A stretch of 64,000 nucleotides of DNA from the NCBI GenBank assembly GCA_019241645.1, contig JAFAWQ010000017.1:1973-65972 (forward strand), written 5' to 3'. Under the pieces are notes generated by a model. The model was not told the origin of the DNA, searched no databases, and saw only the letters and a program-made list of their open reading frames with translations. A program made the translations under genes and the position numbers. This document shows positions 56,621 to 64,000 of this stretch, one piece after another (positions within the stretch are counted from its first letter, which is position 1; each line of letters starts with the position of its first letter). Source of the stretch: Alphaproteobacteria bacterium (GTDB taxonomy: Bacteria > Pseudomonadota > Alphaproteobacteria > Micropepsales > Micropepsaceae).

Positions 56621-59600
56621 CCAAAATCGTCGACTGGGCCGTTCAGAATACGCGGTTGGTGATCGCGGCGCTTGTCGTCACCATTCTCGCCGGCATCTAT
56701 GCCTTCATCGCGATCCCGAAGGAGTCGGATCCGGACATACCAATTCCCTACATCGTGGTGCAGGTCTACTACCCGGGCATCAGCCCCGAGGATAGCGAAC
56801 GGCTTCTGGTGAAGCCGATGGAGAACTATCTTCGTTCCATCCAGGGCCTGAAAGAGATGACCGGCCGCGCCTATCCGGGTGCCGGCGTCATCATCATGGA
56901 GTTCGACGTCTCCTTCAACAAGGACCGCGCGCTGGCGGACGTGCGCGCGCAGGTCGATACGGCCCGAGCGGAATTGCCGCCCGATGTGCAGCAGCCGTTC
57001 GTGCAGGAAATCAGCACCAGTCTTTTCCCTGTTATTTCGGTGGCGCTGTCAGGCGATGTGCCTGAGCGAACGCTATATCACCTGGCGCGCGATCTGAGCG
57101 ACCAGCTGAAGACCATCCCGACCGTGCTGGATGCGCAATTGTCCGGCACACGCGACGAAATGCTCGAGATTGTGGTCGATCCGGCCAAGCTGGAAACCTA
57201 CGGGATCACCCAGCAGGAAATGTTCAACGCGATCACCAACAACAACACGCTGATCGCGGCGGGCTCCATCGATACTGGCCACGGCAATTTCGCCGTGAAA
57301 GTGCCCGGCGTCATCGAGAATGCCAAGGACGTGTTGAATCTGCCAATTCGGGCGACCGCGGATGCCACCGTAACGCTCAAGGACGTGGCCCAGGTCCGCC
57401 CCACCTTCTACGACGCGACCAGCTATTCCAGCATCAACGGCAAGCGCACCATCGCCATTGACGTCACCAAACGCGTCGGCGCCAACGTGATCGCGAACAA
57501 CCTCGCGGTCCGGCAGATGCTGGCTGCCGCGCAGAAATATTTCCCCTCCGGCGTGCATGTGTCATTTGTCGGCGACCAGTCCACCGACATCCGCGACCAG
57601 ATCAGTTCGCTTTCCGATGCGATCATTCTCGCCATCGTGCTGGTCATGATCGTGGTGGTCGCGGCGCTGGGCCTGCGGTCGGGCCTGCTCGTCGGCGTGG
57701 CCATCCCGACCTCGTTCCTGATGAGCTTTCTGGTCATCAGCAACGTCGGCTACACCCTGAACTTCATGATCATGTTCGCGATGCTGCTGGCGGTCGGCAT
57801 TCTCGTCGACGGCGCCATCATCGTCGTGGAGTACGCCGACCGGAAGATGACCGAAGGGCATCCGCCGAAGCTCGCCTTCGCGGAGGCCGCGCGCCGCATG
57901 TTCTGGCCGGTGGTGAGTTCGACCGCCACCATGATCGGCGCCTTCCTGCCGATGCTGTTCTGGCCCGGCATTGCCGGCAAGTACATGAGCTTCTTCCCGA
58001 TCACGCTGATCGTCGTGCTGTCATGCTCGATGGTGGTGGCGCTGATATTCCTGCCCGTGCTGGGCGGATTCTTCGGCAAGGCGCCGGAACGCAACGAAAA
58101 GCACGAGAAAGCGATCGAGGCGTCCGAGACCGGGGACTGGCGCGATATTCCCGGCATCACCGGCTGGTACGCGCATCTGGCGGACTGGATTACGCACAAT
58201 CCCGGCAAGATGATTTTTGCCGCCCTCGCCACCGTCGTGGTCGTCTTGACGCTGTTCGTGAAATACAATCACGGGACGGAATTCTTCGTCCAGACCGATC
58301 CCACAGAGGCCACCGTTCTCGTTTCCGCGCGCGGCAATCTCGCCGCCAATGAAAAGCGTGAGTTGGTGATGAATGTGGAGCGGCGGGTGGAGAGCGTTAA
58401 GGGCGTGGATTACATCTACGCCAACGCCGGCGGCAATCCGTCGAGCCAAAACATCCCGGTCGACAACATCGGCCGTATAACGGTGGTGCTGAAGCCCTAT
58501 CGGGAGCGCGCGCGCGGCAGTCTTATTCTGGAGGAAATCCGCAAGCGCACTGCCAACATTCCCGGCATCAATGTCGAGGTGCGGAAGCCGGAAGGAGGCC
58601 CGTCATCCGGCAAGGACGTCATGATTGACGTCAATTCCGACGATTACCTATCGCTGCTGCAGACAACAGACAAAATCCGCCGCCATCTGGACGGCATGTC
58701 CACCTTGCGCGATATCGAGGACACACGGCCGCTTCCCGGAATAGAATGGGATCTGGACGTCAAGCGGGACGTGGCGCAGCGCTTCGGCGTGAGCACGCAG
58801 GCGGTCGGCGCCGCCGTGCAGCTGGTAACCGACGGCATCTTTGTGGGCCGCTACCGGCCGGCCGATTCCACCCGGCTTGTCGACATCCGCGTACGCTATC
58901 CGGCTGATGAGCGCGGCATCCATGCGCTGGATGACGTGCGCGTGGCGACTTCGCAGGGCATGGTGCCGATCAGCACTTTCGTGGACGTGAAAGCGGCCCC
59001 GCAGGTGAACAAGATCGAACGTGTGAACGCACACCGGACCTATCACGTCCGCGCCAATGCGAAGCCCGGTGTGAATGCGAACGCGGAGGTCACAAAAATC
59101 AAGACCTGGCTGGCCGCCCAGACATTCCCGCACACCGTGCGCGTGGCCTTCAAGGGTGCCGACGAGCAGCAGCAGGAATCGGGCCGCTTCCTGATGATTG
59201 CCGGGTTGATGGCGCTGTTTATCATCGCGGTGGTTCTGTTGGCGATGTTCAACAGCTTCTATCACGCAAGCCTGATTCTGATGGCGGTGATTTTGGCCAT
59301 GATCGGCGCGCTGCTGGGCATGGTGGTGATGGGGCAGTCTTTCTCCATCATCATGACAGGCACCGGTCTTCTGGCTCTCGCCGGCATCGTCGTGAACCAC
59401 AACATCGTGCTGATCGACACGTATCATAAGCTGCTGGATTCTGGGATGAACCCGATCGAGGCGGTGATACGGTCGGGCGCGCAGCGGCTTCGGCCGGTGT
59501 TCCTGACGACGGTGACGGCCATCTTCGGCCTGTTGCCGATGATGATGGCTGTGGAAATCGACTTCGCCGCGCGCAGCATCACCATCGGCGATCCGTTCGC

Positions 59601-59829
59601 GATGATGTGGATTCAGCTGTCCACCGCGATCGTGTTCGGTCTGGCTTTCTCCAAGGGCATTACGCTGGGGCTGGTGCCGGCGCTGCTGGCCTATCCTCAC
59701 CGGGTGCGGGAGACGGGCCAGGGATTCTGGTGGATGCTCAAACAGGTGTTCGGTTGGCCCGTTCGCGCGATCCGCAATCGCGGCCGCCGGATGCCCCCGG
59801 CGCGGGGCCTGCAGCAACCGGCGGAGTAA
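56617..59829 (+). CDS. RND efflux permease (AcrB family)
   Basis: GILVDGAIIVVE TM4, GIVVNHNIVLID TM10, RLRPVFLT TM11; start at ATG 56617. Confidence 0.95.
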   Translation: MTKIVDWAVQNTRLVIAALVVTILAGIYAFIAIPKESDPDIPIPYIVVQVYYPGISPEDSERLLVKPMENYLRSIQGLKEMTGRAYPGAGVIIMEFDVSFNKDRALADVRAQVDTARAELPPDVQQPFVQEISTSLFPVISVALSGDVPERTLYHLARDLSDQLKTIPTVLDAQLSGTRDEMLEIVVDPAKLETYGITQQEMFNAITNNNTLIAAGSIDTGHGNFAVKVPGVIENAKDVLNLPIRATADATVTLKDVAQVRPTFYDATSYSSINGKRTIAIDVTKRVGANVIANNLAVRQMLAAAQKYFPSGVHVSFVGDQSTDIRDQISSLSDAIILAIVLVMIVVVAALGLRSGLLVGVAIPTSFLMSFLVISNVGYTLNFMIMFAMLLAVGILVDGAIIVVEYADRKMTEGHPPKLAFAEAARRMFWPVVSSTATMIGAFLPMLFWPGIAGKYMSFFPITLIVVLSCSMVVALIFLPVLGGFFGKAPERNEKHEKAIEASETGDWRDIPGITGWYAHLADWITHNPGKMIFAALATVVVVLTLFVKYNHGTEFFVQTDPTEATVLVSARGNLAANEKRELVMNVERRVESVKGVDYIYANAGGNPSSQNIPVDNIGRITVVLKPYRERARGSLILEEIRKRTANIPGINVEVRKPEGGPSSGKDVMIDVNSDDYLSLLQTTDKIRRHLDGMSTLRDIEDTRPLPGIEWDLDVKRDVAQRFGVSTQAVGAAVQLVTDGIFVGRYRPADSTRLVDIRVRYPADERGIHALDDVRVATSQGMVPISTFVDVKAAPQVNKIERVNAHRTYHVRANAKPGVNANAEVTKIKTWLAAQTFPHTVRVAFKGADEQQQESGRFLMIAGLMALFIIAVVLLAMFNSFYHASLILMAVILAMIGALLGMVVMGQSFSIIMTGTGLLALAGIVVNHNIVLIDTYHKLLDSGMNPIEAVIRSGAQRLRPVFLTTVTAIFGLLPMMMAVEIDFAARSITIGDPFAMMWIQLSTAIVFGLAFSKGITLGLVPALLAYPHRVRETGQGFWWMLKQVFGWPVRAIRNRGRRMPPARGLQQPAE

Positions 59830-61716
59830 TTACTCCGCGGCGGCAATCGCTCCCTCTTGCGGGTGCGGTTGCCGCGCGACATCTGGATCGCTTTCCACTT
59901 CCTTGAGCCGCTCGCGCACGGCGGCGGCCTCCTTCTGCTTGTTCCACATGGCGGCATAGTGCCCGCCGCGTGCTACCAGCTCGCCGTGCCGTCCGCGCTC
60001 CACGATCCGGCCGTGGTCGAGCACCAGGATTTCATCCGCATCGACAACAGTGGAAAGTCGGTGCGCGATCACGAGCGTGGTGCGGTCTTTTGAGACCTCG
60101 CGCAGGGCAGACTGGATCTCGCGTTCGGTATGCGTATCGAGCGCTGACGTGGCTTCATCCAGAAGGAGGATCGGCGGGTTCTTGAGAATGGTGCGGGCGA
60201 TGGCGACCCGCTGTTTCTCGCCACCAGAGAGCTTCAACCCTCGTTCTCCCACCATCGATTCGTAGCCCTGCGGCAGCTCACGGATGAAGGGATCGATCTG
60301 CGCCATTTGCGCAGCCTGCTCGATATCTGCCTCGCCGGCACCGATGCGGCCATAGGCGATGTTGTAGCGGACGGTGTCGTTGAACAGCACGGTATCCTGC
60401 GGCACGATCCCGATCTTCTCGCGCAAGCTTGCCTGCGTGACGTCGCGGATGTCCTGCCCGTCGATCGTCACGCTGCCGCTTTGGATATCGTAGAACCGGT
60501 AGAGAATCCGCGAGATGGTGGATTTGCCGGCACCCGACGGACCAACCACCGCCACAGTTTTCCCCGCCGGCACGTCGAAGCTGATGCCTTTCAGCACGAC
60601 ACGATCCGGCTCGTAGGAGAACATCACGTTGTCAAAGCGGACCGCGCCGCCGGTCACGATCAGTGGTTTGGCGCCGGGCTTGTCCTTCACCTCCTGCGGC
60701 TGATGCAGGAGGCGGAACATCGCGTCCATGTCCACCAAGGCCTGGACGATCTCGCGGTACACGGTGCCAAGGAAGTTCAGCGGCTGGTACAGCTGCATGA
60801 GAATGGCATTTGCCATCACGAAATCGCCGACCGAGAAGCGGCCATCGCGAATTCCGAAGGCCGTCATGATCATCACCGCCCCCATGCCAAGCGCGACGAT
60901 GGTGGCCTGGCCGGTGTTGAGCACGGAGAGCGAGGTCTGCGCCTGTATGGAGGCGCGGGCGAACTTCGCCATCGATTTGTCGAAGCGCGCGGTTTCGTGC
61001 GTTTCGGCGTTGAAGTATTTGACGGTCTCGTAATTGAGCAGGCTGTCGACCGCCTTGGTGTTGGCGTCCTGATCGCTTTCGTTCATGTCGCGGCGGATCT
61101 GGATGCGCCAGCGGGTGATGGCGAAGGTGAACCAGATGTAGAGCGCCACCATCACCAGGGTGGCGAGCGTGATCCACAGATCCAGCTTCACCATCATGAT
61201 GGCGCTGAACAGCACCAGCTGGAAAATCGTGGGGAAGATGCTGAAGATCGCGAACGACAACAGCGTGTCGATGCCGCGCGTGCCGCGTTCGATCACGCGG
61301 GAAAGCCCGCCGGTCTTGCGTTCCAGATGGAAGCGCAGCGACAGCGTGTGCACATGCGCGAAAGTGGAAACGCCAACCTCGCGCAGCGCGTGATACTGGA
61401 CCTTGGCGAAAATGCCGTCGCGGATTTGCGCGAAGGCCTGCATGAGAATGCGGGAGATGACGTAGCCGCCGATCAGCGCCAGCGTCGCCATCATGGCGAT
61501 GGTGGCGGGCGGCGTTTTCGTGAGTTCGTTGGTGATCCAGCCCATGAACAGCGGGAAGGCCGTGGTCGCCAGAATCGCCAGCACGAGGCAGGCGAGCGAA
61601 GCCGCCACCCGCGCTCTCAGCTCCGGGTGCCCCTTGGGCCACAGATATGGCAGGAGCATCCACAAGGGGCGGAGGGAGGGCGCGCCGTCGCCTTCCTCTA
61701 CAAGGGAATGCGCCAT
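59830..61716 (-). CDS. Atm1/HMT1-type ABC exporter (ABCB7 family)
   Basis: LSLRFHLERKTG, DSLLNYETVKYF, QPLNFLGTVYREI, GPSGAGKS, LSGGEKQR. Confidence 0.95.
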   Translation of the reverse strand: MAHSLVEEGDGAPSLRPLWMLLPYLWPKGHPELRARVAASLACLVLAILATTAFPLFMGWITNELTKTPPATIAMMATLALIGGYVISRILMQAFAQIRDGIFAKVQYHALREVGVSTFAHVHTLSLRFHLERKTGGLSRVIERGTRGIDTLLSFAIFSIFPTIFQLVLFSAIMMVKLDLWITLATLVMVALYIWFTFAITRWRIQIRRDMNESDQDANTKAVDSLLNYETVKYFNAETHETARFDKSMAKFARASIQAQTSLSVLNTGQATIVALGMGAVMIMTAFGIRDGRFSVGDFVMANAILMQLYQPLNFLGTVYREIVQALVDMDAMFRLLHQPQEVKDKPGAKPLIVTGGAVRFDNVMFSYEPDRVVLKGISFDVPAGKTVAVVGPSGAGKSTISRILYRFYDIQSGSVTIDGQDIRDVTQASLREKIGIVPQDTVLFNDTVRYNIAYGRIGAGEADIEQAAQMAQIDPFIRELPQGYESMVGERGLKLSGGEKQRVAIARTILKNPPILLLDEATSALDTHTEREIQSALREVSKDRTTLVIAHRLSTVVDADEILVLDHGRIVERGRHGELVARGGHYAAMWNKQKEAAAVRERLKEVESDPDVARQPHPQEGAIAAAE

Positions 61717-61824
61717 CTAATGCCCCAGATTCGTGCTGCCGAAGAGCAGGAAGCCCGCGGCCAGCGCCACGGCGGCGAGAATGGCGATAATGACGAAGGC
61801 TTTGCGGAAGTTTACTCTCTGCAA
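61717..61824 (-). CDS. 35-aa single-TM small protein (below the ORF-track cutoff)
   Basis: TTG start with AGAGG 6 nt upstream: MQRVNFRKAFVIIAILAAVALAAGFLLFGSTNLGH. Its TAG abuts the exporter ATG. Confidence 0.6.
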   Translation of the reverse strand: MQRVNFRKAFVIIAILAAVALAAGFLLFGSTNLGH

Positions 61825-61913
61825 GATGAACCTCTGAACGCGGTGGTGTGTGCCGTACGCATGTAGAAACCTTGGGCTGCCGCTGCAATCCCAGCTTCAA
61901 ACCGAATCGAGCG

Positions 61914-62468
61914 ATGGCCAACGCTTCCCATCATAGCAACGTGAAGTCGATTTGTGTGTTCTGCGGCTCGTCTCCCGGGAGAAATCCGGTCTATCTGGCG
62001 GCGGCCCGCCGCGCAGGCGAACTGATCGGCCAGCGCGGGTTTCGCATGGTCTATGGCGGCGGGGCCAGCGGCATGATGGGCGAGGCGGCGCGCGCGGCGC
62101 TCGCGGCTGGCGCCGGAGTGATCGGCGTTCGCCCCGCGCCGCTCGATCATCTGGAGCTGCCGCAGGGCGGTATCGAGATGATTCAAACGCCGGATTTGTT
62201 CGAGCGCAAGCAGCGCATGGTGGCGATGAGCGATGTCTTTCTTATTTTGCCGGGTGGACTTGGCACGCTGGATGAATTTTTCGAGGTGGCGACCACCGCG
62301 CAGCTTGGCATGCATGAGAAGATCATCATCCTGGTCAATACCGATGGCTATTTCGAACCGCTGCTGGCGCTGTTTCAGCGATGCAAAGGGGAAGGTTTCG
62401 TCTACGGCGACCTCACCCGGCTTTTTTATACGGTGGAAACGCCCGACGCGGCTTTCGCGCTGCTCTGA
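61914..62468 (+). CDS. LOG-family nucleotide phosphoribohydrolase (TIGR00730-like)
   Basis: CVFCGSS, VYGGG..GMMG, ERKQRM, PGGLGTLDEF. Confidence 0.92.
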   Translation: MANASHHSNVKSICVFCGSSPGRNPVYLAAARRAGELIGQRGFRMVYGGGASGMMGEAARAALAAGAGVIGVRPAPLDHLELPQGGIEMIQTPDLFERKQRMVAMSDVFLILPGGLGTLDEFFEVATTAQLGMHEKIIILVNTDGYFEPLLALFQRCKGEGFVYGDLTRLFYTVETPDAAFALL

Positions 62469-62473
62469 TTTGC

Positions 62474-63442
62474 TCATCGGCTGAACCGGCTTTCCAGCGC
62501 AACAACGCCCAGTGCCGCCCAGACACAGCCGAAGGTAATGGCATCGATCCGTGTGAAGGGCTCGCCGAAGCCGAACACCGCCAGCGCGAGCGTGATCGAG
62601 GGCGAGAAATATTGCAGGAAGCCAAGCGTTGAGAGTCGGATGCGCCGAGCGCCGGCGGCGAAGAGCGTCAGTGGTAGCGCGGTGATCGGCCCGCCGAGTA
62701 TGAGAAGTGTATCTGTCAGCGGATTGGCAGAGGGGAAGGTGCCGGTTCCATTAAGTCCCCAGAACAACACCAGGCCAAATGTCAGCGGAAAGAGGATCCA
62801 GGTTTCAACGGTCAGCCCGTCCAGTGAGTCCACATCGACGCGCTTGCGGAAATAGCCATAGAACCCGAACGACAGCGCCAATGCCGGCGCGATCCAGGGG
62901 AAATGGCCTAATTCGAATGCCTTCACTGCGACAGCAGCGGTCGCCAGCACCACCGCAACCAGCCGCCAGCGCGACAATCGCTCGCCGAACAGCGTCACGC
63001 CGAGCACGATCGAAACCAGCGGGTTGATGTAGTAGCCGAGGCTTGCTTCCACGAGCTGATGCGTGGCGACGCAGTAGATGTAGATCGTCCAGTTGACGCT
63101 GATGAGAACGCTGGTGAGCGCGAGTATGCCGAGCAGAACCGGATTGCTCGCCATCGCCACGAGTTGTTGCCAACGGCCGCGCGCCAGCGAAACGCCCAGC
63201 ACGAACACGGCGCACCACATCACGCGGTTGACGGTGATCTCGAATGGCGGCACCTGTGAAAGCAGCCGCCAGTAAAGCGGCATGATTCCCCACAGTGCGT
63301 AAGCCGCCAGCGCCAGCGCGATGCCGCGGGAATCGTCGCGCTCCGTCGTGCCTTTTTGCGCGCTGACGGCAATCGGCTCGCCAAGATCGGCGGCGGCAAT
63401 TTCGCGATCTTCCGAGCGCGCCGAATGCTCTTTCGTCAACAC
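62474..63442 (-). CDS. rarD: RarD/EamA-family transporter
   Basis: AYALWGIMPLYW, EASLGYYINPL, YGYFRK, LGFLQY.SPS; start approximate. Confidence 0.92.
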   Translation of the reverse strand: MLTKEHSARSEDREIAAADLGEPIAVSAQKGTTERDDSRGIALALAAYALWGIMPLYWRLLSQVPPFEITVNRVMWCAVFVLGVSLARGRWQQLVAMASNPVLLGILALTSVLISVNWTIYIYCVATHQLVEASLGYYINPLVSIVLGVTLFGERLSRWRLVAVVLATAAVAVKAFELGHFPWIAPALALSFGFYGYFRKRVDVDSLDGLTVETWILFPLTFGLVLFWGLNGTGTFPSANPLTDTLLILGGPITALPLTLFAAGARRIRLSTLGFLQYFSPSITLALAVFGFGEPFTRIDAITFGCVWAALGVVALESRFSR

Positions 63443-63471
63443 GGCGCACCGAATGCTGCCATGTCGAACCA

Positions 63472-63540
63472 ACCCTCTCCTTGCGGGAGGGTCGAAAAAT
63501 TCGAGGCCAGATTTATCCTCCCCCGTAGACGGGGGAGGAT
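63472..63540. repeat. Palindromic repeat remnants between cysS and rarD
   Basis: ACCCTC..GAGGGT hairpin and a perfect 11-bp ATCCTCCCCCG-TAGA-CGGGGGAGGAT, matching the outer hairpin of the 36778-36896 element. Confidence 0.7.
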
Positions 63541-63581
63541 ACTCTTGTGCCTGTCAGCCTCGCGAAAATGACACAAGAGCA

Positions 63582-64000
63582 TCACCGCTTGATTTCCCAG
63601 GTGGTGCCGTCGGGGCCGTCTTTCAGCTGGATGCCCTGCGCGAGAAGCTCGTCGCGAATGCGGTCGGACTCCTTGAAATCCTTCGCTTTCCGCGCCGCAT
63701 TCCGCGCTTCGATGGCCCGGGAAATCTCCACGGTATCCACACTCTTCTTTGATGCAAGCCGCTCGGATATCGGATTGAAGCCCAGCAGCGACAATCCGCC
63801 TGCAAGTTCTTCCGGTGAGGCCTTATGAAGTTCGGCAATGGCCTGCGGTGTGTTGAGATCATCGGACAACGCGGAAAGAAAGCCGTCTCCAATGCGTGTC
63901 GCTGTCACTGGCTCCGCCACATCGTACCATCGCGCGAGCGTGTCCCAGCTTTCCTTCATGCCGGCGAGCGTCCAGTCCATCGGCTGGCGATAGTGCGCGC
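63582..64000 (-). CDS. cysS: Cysteine--tRNA ligase, 3' part
   Basis: HYRQPMDWT, DDLNTPQA, R..ARKAKDF..SDRIRDEL..GIQLKDG..GTTW; 5' part lies beyond the window. Confidence 0.95.
   Translation of the reverse strand, partial: AHYRQPMDWTLAGMKESWDTLARWYDVAEPVTATRIGDGFLSALSDDLNTPQAIAELHKASPEELAGGLSLLGFNPISERLASKKSVDTVEISRAIEARNAARKAKDFKESDRIRDELLAQGIQLKDGPDGTTWEIKR

Noticed and set aside
60307-61921. 519-aa and 429-aa plus-strand ORFs
   Set aside because: Antisense to the Atm1-type exporter; low-information Arg/Gly/His-rich translations.

Overview
A 64 kb GC-rich alphaproteobacterial chromosome segment; a Rhizomicrobium/Micropepsaceae-like organism is my unverified guess from gene order. Roughly 1-26.5 kb is the conserved housekeeping block: corA, secA, argJ, mutT-flp, methyltransferase, comF, grxC, nitrilase-family hydrolase, DUF1178, ptsP, lysC, ubiG, rodZ, ispG, prfA, prmC, DUF4167, clpB and an M23 peptidase. 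It is interrupted by a vapBC module and a glycosyltransferase/sulfotransferase/methyltransferase trio. Roughly 26.6-43.2 kb is a patchwork: PadR plus a HAAS/sensor membrane protein, a 7-repeat secreted propeller, small hypotheticals, rlmJ, tRNA-Ser(CGA), a secreted RWGDY-motif protein, a membrane spermidine-synthase-like protein, lhr-pdeM, a second TA pair, a PiuC-like dioxygenase and a secreted Kelch/Ig protein. 43.3-53.9 kb is a type II secretion cluster (E F G H I J L M C/N-like D K, plus a convergent prepilin peptidase). The end carries a two-domain cold-shock protein, a PadR-RND pump, an Atm1-type ABC exporter, LOG, rarD and the 3' end of cysS. I saw no integrase, IS transposase or CRISPR array. 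The most striking structure is between lhr and pdeM. There a 101-codon orphan gene sits between inverted ~42-46 bp palindromic half-repeats, and those repeats supply its stop codon and probably its ribosome-binding site. Next to it is an 'empty' ~119 bp element of related design, so the pair looks like loaded and empty forms of a repeat-bounded gene cassette. Other highlights: an unannotated 35-aa membrane peptide coupled to the Atm1 exporter, a 59-aa winged-helix-like ORF behind pdeM, a CSD-(R[FYH]G)11-CSD protein, a perfect CtrA box ahead of mutT-flp, and a galactose-oxidase-architecture protein lacking the copper ligands. All family assignments come from motif recognition by eye; no searches were run.
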